Part shown: piece after piece, positions 27,501-40,300 of the stretch
How the letters are laid out: the number at the start of each line of letters is the position of its first letter
Position numbering within the stretch: the stretch's first letter is position 1
NCBI RefSeq assembly: GCF_035084215.1
Contig: NC_090340.1
Coordinates: 5,332,001 to 5,396,000 of the forward strand
Source of the DNA: Heptranchias perlo
Taxonomy: Eukaryota
Direction of reading: 5' to 3'
DNA length: 64,000 bases
Position numbers and translations under genes: made by a program
Notes under the pieces: generated by a model
The model's database searches: none
The model's input: the letters and a program-made list of their open reading frames with translations, nothing else
What the model was told of the DNA's origin: nothing

Positions 27501-28338
27501 TGGCTACACAAGTTCAGTGAGTGGGCAAATACATGGCAGATGCAGTATAATGTGGATGTATGTAAAGTTATCCACTGTGGAAGGAAAACCGAAAGGCAGA
27601 GTACTATTAAAATAGTAAAAGATTGGGAAATTTTGATGGACTAAGCGACCTGGGTGTCCTTGTACACCAGTCACTGAAAGCAAACATGCAGGTTCAGCAA
27701 TCAGTTAGAAAGGCAATGGTATGATGGCCTTCATTGCAAGACGATTTGACTACAGGAGCAAGGATTTCTAACTGCAGCCTTGTTGATAGCACACCTGGAG
27801 TATTACGTGCTGTTTTGGTCTCCTTACCTAAGAAAGGATATACATGCCATGGACGGAGTGCAGCGAAGGTTCACCAGACTGATTCCTGGGATGAGGAGAG
27901 ATTGGGTCCACTCGCCCTTTATTCACTCGAGTTTGGAAGAATGAGAGGGGATCTCATTGCAGCATATTAAATTCTGACAGGGCTAGGCAGACTGGATGCA
28001 GGGAGTATGTTTCCCCTGGCTGGTTGGTCCCGAATGAGGGGTCACAATCTCAGGATGTGGGGTAGGACATTTATGACTGAGATGAGTAGAAATTCTTTCA
28101 CTCAGAGGGTGGTGAACCTGTGGAATTCTCCACCACAGAAGACTGTGGAGGCCAAGTCAATGAATATATTTAAGAAGGAGCTAGATAGATTTATAGACAC
28201 AAAAGGCATCAAGGGGTATAGGGAGAGAGCGGGAATATAGTATTGAAAAAGATCAGCCATGACCATATTGAATGGTGGAGCAGGCTTGAAGTGCCGAATG
28301 GCCTATGTTGCTCCTATTTTCTATGTTTCTATGTTTCC
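24588..28338 (+). mobile_element. CR1 LINE with an internally inverted RT segment (about 25290-27505)
   Basis: + strand up to GPDNLHPR; - strand segment VAMEIMDAL...KFADDTKL...LQGHL; + strand resumes KFSEWANTWQ; (TTTCTATG)n tail at 28318-28338. Confidence 0.85.
25657..27185 (-). mobile_element. Young 5'-truncated CR1 LINE with intact RT
   Basis: Uninterrupted 460-aa ORF (25738-27120) with [18 protein letters not shown] and KFADD; (CTCTATGA)n tail; TTCTC at both junctions. Confidence 0.97.
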
Positions 28339-30411
28339 AAGCCTCTATATTCTTTTTTAATAATATGAAGACCAGAAATGTTCACAGTACTCCAAGTGTG
28401 CTCCAATCAAGGTTCTATAGAAGTTCAATCTAATTTCTCTGCTTTTCAATTCTATTCCTCTAGAAATGAGCCCCACTGATTGATTTGCGTTTTATATGAC
28501 CTTATTTACATGCGTCACTACTTTGAGTGATTTGTTTTGTTGTATTCCCTGATTCCACTGCTTCCCTATCCCATTTAGACTCTTATTATCCAAGTAGTAT
28601 GTGCCCCCTTATTCATTCAAACAAAATGTAATATTTCATAATTATCTATATTGAAATTAATTTTCCAATCACACGTCCATTCTCCAAGTTTATTAATGTC
28701 TTGCTGCATTTTGTAGCAGCCCTCCTAGGATATTAGCTATACACCCAATTTGAAATCGTGCGCAAATTTTGAAATTGTACGTCCGATTCCCGAGTCCAAA
28801 TCGTGTATGTGAATGGTGAACAACAGTGGTCCAAGCACCAATCCTTATGGAAAATCACTTCCCACCTTTTGGCAATCTGAGTCACCTTTAACCACCACTG
28901 TTTTCTGTTTTGTAGCCAGCTTGCAATCCGTTCTGCCACTAGTATCCTGACACTGCATGCTTTGACGCTAGCCTGAGTCTACGATGTGATATCTTATCGA
29001 AGGGCCTTTGAAAATCCAAATACATCGCATCTACGACATTACCCTTGCCTACCCTTTCTGTTACCTCTTCAAATAATTCAATAAGGTGAATCAAGCATGC
29101 CCTTCACTTTTGAAATCAGTGCTGACTATCCTTTTTTATATTTTCGTTTTCCAGATGTTTTTCTATCACATCTTTGAGCGAGGATTCCATGCTCGTTCCT
29201 ATCACTGACGTTAAGCTAAATGGTCTATATTTCCCTGGACTGGTTCTATCTCTCTTTTTAAATATAAGAATTACGTTAGCTGCTCGTTAGTCCTCTGGCA
29301 CTATTCACTTTTTTAAATTATCTTTTATATCCTTGTAATATTGCCTCTGCTAACTCTTCCCTAATTTATGTTAATATACGCGGATGCAATCCATCCGGAC
29401 CAGGGGTTTTTCCTCTCTAAGTTTGATTATTTTATCAATTATCTCTCCCCTTTCCTTCTTAAATTTCCTTCTTTCTTTTTTATCTCTTCTTCTAATGTCA
29501 GTCCCACCATGTTAGTCTCCCTGATAAATACTGAAGCAAAGTAATTGTTTCATATTTTTGCCATTTCGCTGTCATTACCTGTGAGTTTATTGTGCGTGAC
29601 CCTTAGAGTCCCTATCTCTTTCCTGATTGTAATTTTGTTATTACCCTGCCTATAGAATACTTTAGTATTTCTTTTTATATTCCATTATCATTTCATTTCG
29701 TAGTTTCTCTTGTCCTGACTAATTGTTTTTGAACTTCTTATTTAACCTTTTCGTTGTCCCTTTTGTCATCCATTGTTGTATATGTACTTAGTGTACACCT
29801 TTTTCTTTCGTTAAAATTTTGCCCTTATTTCTGTATTCATCCATGGTGCATCATTACTGGCTGGTTTGTGCTTGCTTTTTAGTGGGATATATTTCTCCCC
29901 GACTCCATTGATCACCGTTTTAAATGCTTCACCCTGATGTTCTATTTTTTTATCAGTAAATTTCAGCATTTTTCCAATGTATTACTTTATAATAGTTAAA
30001 AACCTTTCCACAAAAAACAACTTTCGATCACATGCCCCATTATCAGGAATTTGTAACCAATGCCGAGCTCCTCAGCTTCATTTAGTTCGCAGTCCTGCGC
30101 CTCTGTAATATGGACGTACTTGGTCACTACACGAAAATTATTGCATATCCAATTTCACAGAGTCTTTGCTCTAAACAGACTAGCACAGGTTATCAGTAAA
30201 ATATTCACGTCAACTATTCAGTCCACTGGTTGTATACGGCCAATCGTAATATTTCATCCATGATATAATACGAGGGCGGGTATTGTTATAATTCATACCT
30301 TTTTGATTGTACCATATTAGCATAAGTGTTAGCCAAAAACATAACCAATCGCAAAGGCATCGCTTTCTTAAGTTCCGAATTATCAACGTGTGCTAGAAAT
30401 TTTAGTTCGAT

Positions 30412-30555
30412 TGGTGCAGATTTTGAACTTGCCGCCCAGGCGTAAAACTTGCCATGGGGATGGGCCGCCCGTTATAGATACCGCCCGATTTCCATTTCCA
30501 TTGAAATTAGCAAACCCTGTTTTACGACCGGGCGGAAAATGAAAAATCCACCCCA
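30412..30555. mobile_element. Palindromic MITE-like element
   Basis: GGTGCAGATTTTGAACTTGCCGCCCAGGCGTAAAAC is inverted relative to GTTTTACGACCGGGCGGAAAATGAAAAATCCACCC. Confidence 0.7.
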
Positions 30556-31244
30556 TTGTATCCAAATTCAACCCTACTTCTGAGTTCACAATAAACAGAA
30601 AGTACCCTAATGTCTTATTCAAATGTTTCATTTTCTCTCCATTCGCAACAATGACTGTATTGTGTAACGGTTTTACTGAGCTAACAGGGACTATATTATA
30701 TCCAGCTCATATCAAGTTACTTATTTCCTCATTTTAAGATGGGATCCGCGGTTTTACACAAAGGATGGGCTACCGTATGACATCTGATTGCGACATCGGA
30801 AGTGTCTACTCAGGTTACTATTGCAGTAAATGCTTAGATTGTCTTGTTCTGGATTCAAAACAATCACAAGTAGAGTGCTGATTTGGCACGTATATGAGGG
30901 GGTAAGACAGGGAGAAAGTCGAGAGGAGTCTGCAGAGCAAGAACCCTGCGAGTGCTGCATATTTTCCATTTTTAATAGGCAGCGCTAAAGTGGATCAGCA
31001 CACGATGTCGACATAGAGCGACGCCTTGATAGATTGGAAAACACACATTTATGATTGCTTTTTCCTTTTGCAGAAACATCTCAGAATAAATTATGGCTTT
31101 TTGAACGTACATAAATTGTGAGTGAAAAGTTAATTTGGCCGAGCTGAGATTCTGCAGCAACTAGTGATATTACAGCAGAAGAAATGAATATGCACTTACA
31201 CACTCTTCTTTAACATTCAGCTGATCTATAGCATCTGAGTGTTC

Positions 31245-31530
31245 TTTTTATTGGTTCTTGTAATGTGGGTAACTAGGACTAGGCCGTATTCTCTTCCAGT
31301 ACCGGAGGGCATTAAAATCACCCTCATAGTCTAGTCACATGTAGGGCAGGACGGGCAGGGGGTGCAGCCCTTTCCACCCCCATGGATATTAGTAAACTAT
31401 TTGGGATTTTATTGCAATCATGCAGCTTTAAAGGGGTTAATATTTTCTAATTCCGCTCAAGAAATTGAATTCTCTTTCATAACGTGATGTTGCGAGGGCA
31501 CCGATGCTCACATCTGCAGTTTACACCTTA
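31245..31530 (-). mobile_element. Decayed copy of the family-B-derived SINE
   Basis: AGTCACATGTAGG...GGATATTAGTAAAC...GGGATTTTATTGCAATC aligns with 62660-62750. Confidence 0.6.
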
Positions 31531-31759
31531 AGTGTCTTCATGGATTAGTTGGGAGGACTCTACGGTTATGACCGTTTCCCTGGGCATGTACATTCGCTCC
31601 GGAGGAGCGCCTGGGATTTCGGCGAGATTCTTCCGATCTCCTGCGGTAGCTTTGGCGGTAGATTGGCGCAAATGCAGGTTTCTCAAAGATTTCCAAAGAT
31701 CACCCACCGAAGATAGGGATGAAATTCAGGAGAACCCCACATAAATTCTCCACCATATT

Positions 31760-32095
31760 CTCGACAGTATTGAAGGGGTGCTGCACTATTGGCGGTGCCC
31801 TCTTTCCGAAGAGATGTTAAAAAGGTGTCCCAGCTTACCACCTAAGTTCACGTAAAAATCCTGTGACAATATTGGAGGAAGAAAATGGGAGTTCTCCCGT
31901 ATCCTGGTCAAATAACATAATTAAAGTAGCTTATCTGGTCATTTCTCCTATTACTGCTTGTGAGACCTTACTGTGTGAAAATTGGCTGCAGCCTTTTTCT
32001 ATATTACATCAGTGAGTGCGCCTCAAAGACACGTCATTGAATGTGAAGCGCGTTGGGATCGCCCGAGCGAGTGAAAAGGGCGCTTAAATACATGT
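31760..32095 (+). mobile_element. DeuSINE-superfamily element (SacSINE1/AmnSINE1-like)
   Basis: GGCGGTGCCCTCTTTCCGAAGAGATGTTAAA, TTATCTGGTCATT, AAATTGGCTGC and AAGCGCGTTGGGA match the Deu domain and tail as recalled. Confidence 0.8.
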
Positions 32096-32691
32096 TGTGT
32101 TTTTAGGTTGGTATTTTAGTGCAGAGATTGTTGCATTGTTTGATGTATCAGCCTTGAAATTACGGGTGGGGATTTTGCAGGTCCCCTGCGATAACGTCTT
32201 CGGGACACAAGCGAACCGCTCGGGAAACGGACAGCTTCTGCCCTTTACAGTCTTATGCTCTCCACCGAAGTTAGGGTGGGAGACCGTGAGTGCGGCTCCA
32301 CGCATGGAATTTCAGGCCGTCATCTTTGAAATATGAGGTTAAACGTACGAGTGCATTTCATTGCTCCTTTCTAGGTAAAGATATCGGACAGCGGAAAAGC
32401 CAGACATATCACTTTTGTTGGGAGTTTCCAGGAGAAAGCCACGTTGCCGTTCCATTTAGTGGAGTTGATTCAATAAAATATCTATGGAGCTAAACTACCC
32501 CTCATCCTTCTCAACCATCAAGGTTGAAAAATCCAAATAGGGAACTACCATAAACTAATCATGACGTGTCTGTGGTGAACATCACAGCAGACAGACATTT
32601 AATTAAGCATTCAGGCCTCTTGCAATTCCATTTTTCAACATTAGTAATAATACTTTCTCCATTGCTCATATTGTCCCACATCTCTCTTCAA

Positions 32692-34258
32692 AGGCACTGG
32701 ATACAGCAAAGGCTATGGGTCCCGACAACATCGCGGCTGTAGTGCTGAAGAATTGTGCTCCAGAATTAACCACGCCTCTAGCAAAACTGTTCCAGTGCAG
32801 CTACAACACTGGCATCTAACCGACAATGTGGAAAATTGCCCAGGTATGTCCTGTCTACAAAAAGGACAAATCCAATCCGGCCAATTGCAGCCTAATCAAT
32901 CTACTCTCAATCATCAGCAAAGTTATGGAAGGTGTCGTCGACAGTGCTATCAAGCGGCACTTATTTACTAATAACATGGTTACCGATGCTCAGTTTGGGT
33001 TCTTCCAGGACCATTCGGCTACAGACCTCATCACAGCCTTGGTCCAAACATGGACAAAAGAGCTGAATTCCAGAGGTGAGGTGAGAGTGACTGCCCTTGG
33101 CATCAAGGCAGCATTTGTCCCAGTGTGGCACCAAGGGGCCCGAGTAAAATTGAAGTCAATGGGAATTAAGGGGAAAACTCTGCAGTAGTTGGATTCATTA
33201 TTAGCACAAAGGAAGATGGTAGTAGTTGCTGGAGGGCAATCATCTCAGCCCCAGGAGATTGCTGCAGGAGTTCCTCAGGGCAGTGTCCGAGGCCCAACCA
33301 TCTTCAGCTGCTTCATCAATGATCTTCCCTCTATCATAAGTTCAGTAATGGGGATGTTTGCTGAAGATTGCACAGTGTTCAGTTCCATTCACAACCCCTC
33401 AGATTGTTGTAGTTGTCCGTGCCCGCTTGCAGCAAGACCTGGACAACATCCAGGCCTGGCCTGATAAATGACAAGTAACATTCGAGCTAGACAAGTGCCA
33501 GGCAACACCATCTCCAACCAGAGAGAGTCTAACCACCTCCCCTTGACATTCAACGGCATTAACATCGCCGAATCCCCCACCATCAACATCCTGGGGGTCA
33601 GTATTTACCAAAACCTTAACTGGATCAGGCACATAAATATTGTGGCTACAAGAGCAGGTCAGAGGCTGGGTATTCTGCGGCGAGTGTCTCACCTCCTGAC
33701 TCCCCAAAGCCTTTCCACCATCTACAAGGCACAAGTCAGGAGTGTGATGAAATACTTTGCACTTGCCTGGATGAGTGCCGCTCCAACAACACTGAAGAAG
33801 CTCGACACGATCCAGGACAAAGCAGCCCGCTTGATTGGCAACCCATCCACCACCCTAAACATTCACTTCCTTCACCACGGGCGCACCGTGGCTGCAGTGT
33901 GCCATCCACAGGATGCACTGCATCAACTCGTCAAGGCTTCTTCGACAGCACCTCCCAAACCCACGACCTCTACCACCGAGAAGGACAAGGGCAGCACGTG
34001 GGAATGACACCACCTGCACGTTCCCCTCCAAGTCTCAAAGCATCCCGACTTGGAAATATATCGCCGTTCCTTTATCGTCGCTGGATCAAAATCCTGGAAA
34101 TCCCTACCTAACAGTACCCTGCGAGAACCTTCACCACACGGACTGCAGCGGTTCAAGAAGGCGGGTCACTACCACCTTCTCAAGGGCAATTCGGGATGTG
34201 CAATAAATGCTGGCCTCGCCAGCGACGCCCACATCCCATGAACGAATATAAAAAAAAA
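32692..34258 (+). mobile_element. 5'-truncated family-B LINE (RT to poly-A)
   Basis: WKIAQVCPVYKK, GVPQGSVRGP, GMFAED; conserved tail and terminal A run. Confidence 0.95.
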
Positions 34259-34369
34259 GGCGAAGGTTCCTAATAAGACGCCTTTGCAACTTCCAGAACG
34301 TTACAGAGGTGCTGTATGCATATTCACATCTATACTGCAGGAGTACAATTTAGTTAACGACCTATAACT

Positions 34370-35760
34370 GTACAGAATCATCGAATCATAGAGCACATAA
34401 GGAAGCCATTCGGCCCATCGTGTCTGTGCTGGCTCTTTGAATGAGCTATCCAATTCGTCCTACTCCTCTGCCCTTTCCCCGTAGCCCTGCAAATTTCTCC
34501 TTTTCAAGCATATATCCAATGTCCTTTGGCAATTTACCATTGAATCTGCTTCCACGATTTTTTCAGGTAATGCATTCCAGATTATAACAACTCGCTACAT
34601 AAAAAAAAATGTCATCTGATTAACCAATGGATTTTTTGCCAATTATCTTAGATCTGTGTCCTTTGCTTCCCGACCGTTCTGCCAATGGAAACATTTTCTC
34701 CCTATCTACTCTATCAAGGCGCCTCACATATAATAAGCTCTACTAAATCTCCCCTTAAACTTCTCTGCTCTAAAGAGAACAATCCCAGCTTATCTAGCCT
34801 TTCCAATTAACTGAAGCCCCCCATCCCTGATATCATTCTGGTAAATCTCCTCTACAACCTCTTTAAAGCCTTGACATCCTTCCTAAATTATGCTGCCCAG
34901 AATTGGACGCAATACTTTAGCTGAGGCTTAACCAGTGACTTCTAAATGTTTGCAATGAATTCCTTGCTTTTGTAATCTATGCCTCTATTTACAAAGCTAA
35001 GGATCCCGTTTGCGTTTAACAGTCTTATCAACGTGTCTTGCCACTTTCAAAAGTTTTTGTATGTGAACCTCAGGGGTCTCTGTTGCTGCACCCACTTTAA
35101 AATTGCAAGATTTAATTTATATCGCTTCTCCTCACTTTTCCATCCAAATGCTATGAGTTCATACTTCTCCGCATTAAATTCCATCTGCCACGTGCCTGCG
35201 AATTTAACACAGTCTGTGTACTCCGGAATTCTGCTGCTATTTTTATTGTATACCATAGTTACAACCTTTGGGACAGCTGCAAATTTTGGAATGATGACCC
35301 CTATACTCACATACAGTTCATTGATTTATATCAAAAAAGAACAATGGTCCGAATACCAACTCCTGGGGGATATCAATGTATACTTCCCTCCAGTCTGATA
35401 ATCAACCGTTCACCATTACGCTCTGCTTTCTGTTTCTTTGCCAATATAGTAGTCATGCTGCAATTGCCCCAATAATCCCATGGGCTTATAACTTGTCCTT
35501 TTCCATAACTACCCTAAACCTTGTAATGCTGTGAACACTGTTTCCCAAATGCTATCCCAAAGAAGCATGTTCCACTTTCCATCTAATTTCCAAGAGCTAG
35601 TACAGCCCTGCGTCCTTCCTCGTTGCACTAGAAACATATTGATCAACAAAGTTCTCCTGCGCATATTACAGAAATTCGTCCATCTCCTTACCCGTTACAC
35701 TGCTTCTTCCCAGTTATGTTAGATCAATTGAAGTCCCCCATTATAACTGCTCTTAGATGT
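34370..35760 (-). mobile_element. Decayed CR1 LINE, 3' portion
   Basis: WQMEFNAEKYE in ORF 35047-35310; AGAATCAT tail repeats at 34373-34391. Confidence 0.9.
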
Positions 35761-37019
35761 TTTTTGTGGCGCTATAAATTCCTTATTTTTATATAAAATG
35801 TGTTATTATTTTAAATCATTAGGATTAAAGTCTATTTTCTGAGCTACTCTGTCTTTTGTAAATATTGAGTATACGTGATGTCCTCTTGCCTGGGAATATT
35901 CGGTGGGCAAGTCAAGAGATTTCACTACAAATTAATGTCATCGGTATTTTCTCCAGTACCTCGCTGCAGTGTACAAGGATATAGGATTAGAATTTCCTGA
36001 GGGTTTGCCCACTTTTCCACCGAAGTTACAGCAAACATTCGGCAGGACATCCGTGAGAGTTATTGGCATTAATGATGTCAGTAGGCGTGCCAATGTCAAT
36101 CCCTCCTTCATTTCTCTCATATATTCCACACAGCCCGAGAGGACTTTCTCTTCACCTCATCACTATTCACCTTTCCCACACCGCAATTGCCATAACTGCC
36201 CATAAATCAGTAGAGACGATATTGCTGAAATTCCTTTTTGTTAGCATTCACACCATCAAAAGCTGCTGCCCCCTCTTTCTTGTCCGAATCATTTAATTCT
36301 TCCTGTGGTCGTGCACACTATAGTCAACTAAGTTATACATGGTAAGGGTTGAACGCTCTTCCCGAGGCCACATATAACTCAATTCAACTCTTATTTCAGT
36401 GGAAGCTGGCATACAATTCAGGGAGACAAACGGCACAAGCAGAGTTCCTGAAACACTGCAAACACTCAACACTGTGGAATAGCCCACTGGTGAAATGAAA
36501 TGAAAAGACTGTTTGAAGGATGATTGTATTCTGTTCCATACATTTTTATAGAAGCAACCTTCAAAGAAAAATCTAGTTAACACTGACGAAGCCTTTTATT
36601 CAATTACAGGAACATTGAGATAGAGTAACACAGACGAATTATCGATCAGTTGCGAATATCTGAATTAAGCCACGTCCCATTGTTGAAACCATGTTAATTT
36701 TCACCTATATGTCTAATCTAATGGTGCTTACCTCACAACTATAAACCTTGGCCCTCTCCCCTTCTTCCAGGTCAATCGGGAGTCTCAATGACCAGTGCCA
36801 GGCAGACTAATGATGAAAACCCTAATGACAATTTAATGTCCTCATTCTTAACCTGCCAAGCACCAGCATAGGTATTATCACCCTAACTGACTCAGCTAGT
36901 GATTCAGAGGGGACAACAAAGGGGGATCCACCGAGCACAAGTGAACAGGTCAATATGCATATGACCAGAATGGCCAAAGGAAGGGCTATGCCGAAGGCCA
37001 GCTCGGCCTAGTTCTGCAG

Positions 37020-37360
37020 TTGCTCCTTATTCACTCTATCAAAACCCCTTGTAATTTTGAACACCTCTATTAGGTTTCCCTTTAACCTTCTCTGCTCCAA
37101 TGAGAACAATCTCAGCTTCTCCAATCTCACCACAAAACTAAACTCCCTCACTCCTGGTATCATTCTGCTAAACTTCAACTGCACCCTTTCCAAGGCCTTG
37201 TGGTTTGGGTTGGAGTTACGGTTGGTATGGTTCCTAGAATTGTACGCAATACTGAGGCCGAACCTGTGATTTGTAATTGTTCAGTATGAATTTCTTGTAC
37301 TTGTATTCAATATTCATATTTACAAAGCCATGCACTTTCTTAATCAGCTTATGAACTTGC
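37020..37360 (-). mobile_element. CR1 RT C-terminal fragment
   Basis: LFSLEQRRLKGNLIEVFKI. Confidence 0.9.
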
Positions 37361-37364
37361 CAGT

Positions 37365-40300
37365 AGCAGAACGTTGGGAGAGCGGGGAACACCGCTGGAG
37401 CGGCCATAACTACTTAAACCGATCGCGGCAGTAAAGGGGAATCAAACTTTGAGAAAACTCACAAAAGTAACGTCACAGTCGACGCAGCGGAAGAGCCCAC
37501 GAAAGGTAAGTCAATTCACTGTATACTCTATAATATTAATTGCAGTTGGTTATCATTGAGAAATAACTATCTTAAAAATGGGTAAGTAAATCAAGAAGTA
37601 ATTAATAATAATTATTAAAATTAATTAATTACTAACACATTTGAAATCAAGCTAAATGCATTTGCCAATTATAATTCAGACCTCGAGCAACCATATCACT
37701 TCTAGAAATAAAATATTGCTCATGAATGAAAAAAAAATAGTATTTAGGATAAAGATTACGGGAAAGTAGCTAAGCAGGTAAAATAAGTTGGGGATGCCAA
37801 GAGTAAAAGGATCAAACATTCTATTAAATAAGAATCTGGTATACACGAATATTAAATAAGGAAATAGAAAATAGGAGCTAACGGGGTACTAAGATAAAAT
37901 ATATAAATCACGTAAGAGGCATATATATATATATATATATGATGCAAGTAGATCCTAAATATAATGGAGGTACAGATGAAACTCGTTATCTGCAATTCCT
38001 GTGCCATGTGAGTTGCACAGAACACTTCAGGTGTCTTGGATGAGCATATGTGCAGGAAGTGCCTCGAGTTGCTCGAGCGCAGAGTTTCTGAGCTTGAAGT
38101 GCAGCTGCAATCACTGCAGAGCATACGGGGTGCTGAGAATTTCCTGGATCGTATGTTCCAGGAGGTGGTCACTCCACATCCACAGAGAGCTCAGTGGGTG
38201 ACCATCTGGCAGGATAGGAAGAGGCAGGCAGTGCAGGAATCCTCCAGGAGTGTGTCACTCACTAATTGGTTTTCAGTATTCAATACTGGTGAGGGTTGCA
38301 ATGCCTCGAATCAATGCATTGTGGACCATGGCACTGTAGGGCAAAGGACTGCACAGGGAGGCACACAAAACTATAGAACTGCAATGTTTATAGCTGACTC
38401 AATAGTCAGCGGGACAGACACGCATTTCTGCAACCGACGATGTGAGTCCTGCATATGGTGTTGCCTCCCTGGTATCAAGGCAAATGACATCACTAAGAGT
38501 GTGCAGACCTTTTTGAGGAGGGAAGCAGAACAGCCAGAAGTCGTGGTCCATGTGGGAATCAATAACATAGGAGGGAAAATGAATTAGATCCTGCAGTTAG
38601 AGTTTCAGGAGCTAGGGAAGAAGTTAAAAAGCAGGACCTCAAAATTAGTAAGCTCTGGATTACTCCCAATGCTACGTACTAGTGAGTAAAGGAATTGTAA
38701 AATAAGAAAAGTTAATGCATGACTGGAAAAATGGTGCATGAGGGAGAGTTGTAGATTCCTGGGGTATTGGCACCAGTTCTGAGGCAGGAGGAATCTGTTC
38801 AATATGGATGGATTGCACCTCAACACAGCTAGGACCAATGTCCTCGCACGGAGGTTAACTAGTGGTGTGGGGAGGGTACTAGGATGAAATATTGGAGAGG
38901 AGAACCAAGGTGCACCGTGTTCTGGGAGAGACAAATAGTACGAGACTAAATAAAAGTTCAGAAATATGAGCGATCGAACAGGGGGCAAATGCCGGGCAGT
39001 CTAATTGTACATTCGTGCACATTGCAAGGTAAATACGGTTGGTGAGATGCAGACGCAATTCGCCACATGGAACTATGATATAATGGCAATAACAGAGGCC
39101 TGGCTCAAAGAAGGGGAGGATTGTGAACTTAATATTCGTGGCTACAATGTATTCAGGAATGATAGGGAAGGAAGGATAGGAGGCTGGTGGCAGTATTGTT
39201 CACATAAACTATTATAACACTAGAAAGAGACGATGTAGTTGAGGGGTCAAGGACAGTATCTGCTTTTTTCGAATAAAGGAAAAATAGAGGAGCTGTTATG
39301 CGACTGGGTTTATACTATGGCCCACCGCAGAGTGGGAAAGAGACAGAGGAGCAAATTTGCAGGCAATTCACAGAACGATGCAAGAACTATAGAGTACAGG
39401 TAATGGGTGAATTCAATTATCCCAATATAGAATGGGATAGTAACGTTGTAAAGAGCAACGATGTGGAGGAATTCCTGAAATGTGTAGAAGTGAACTTTCC
39501 TGTTCAGTATGTTTCCAGCCCAAAGACGAAGGAAGCAGTGTTCGATCTAGTTCTGGAAAATGAAGAGGGGCCAGTGGAGCATATTTCAGTGGGGGATCAT
39601 TTGGGGAACAGTGATGAAAATAACACCAAGTTTAGTGCAGTTATGAAAAAGGACAAGGAACAATGAAGTGTAAAAATACTTAGCTGGAGGAGGGCCAATT
39701 TCAGTGAGTTAAAAAGGATCATGCCAGGGTCGATTGGAATCAAAAACTGTTGGACAAAACAGTGATTGGAAAATAGGTGACCTTCAAGGAGGAGATGGTT
39801 CAGGTACAGATTAGACACATTCCCAGGAGGGGGAAAGTGAAGTCATGCAAATCTAGAGCTCCCTGGATGATTAAAGATATAGAGATTAAAATGAAAAAGA
39901 GAAGGAGGTTTCTGACAAATGCAAGGTTCATAATGGAGTAGCGAACCAAGTTGAATACAGAAAGTACAGAGACGACCTAAAAATGGGAATAAGAGTGGCA
40001 AAGAGAGAGTGGCTAACATAAAAGGGAACCTAAACGCATTTTATAAACACATAAATAATAAAAGGTAGCAAAAGGAAGTGTGGGGCCGAATAGGCACAAA
40101 AAAAGGAAAACTTGTGGAGGCAGAGGGTATGGCTGTGGTACGAACTGTATAATTTGCATTGGTCTTCAGTAGAGAAGAGGGTGTTGCTTATGTATCAGGA
40201 AAGGAGGGATAGTAGCGATATTGCATCGGATAACAATAGATAAAGAGAAGCTACTGAAAAGATTGGCAGTGCTCAAAGTAGCTAAGTCACCTGTTGTGGA

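Larger units (their letters stand above)
24350..29980 (-). mobile_element. Old CR1 LINE (outer element: 24350-24587 and 28339-29980) split by nested insertions
   Basis: RT sequence resumes across the insertion; imperfect duplication CCACTGCCTTC / CCAAGCCTC at the junctions. Confidence 0.75.
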
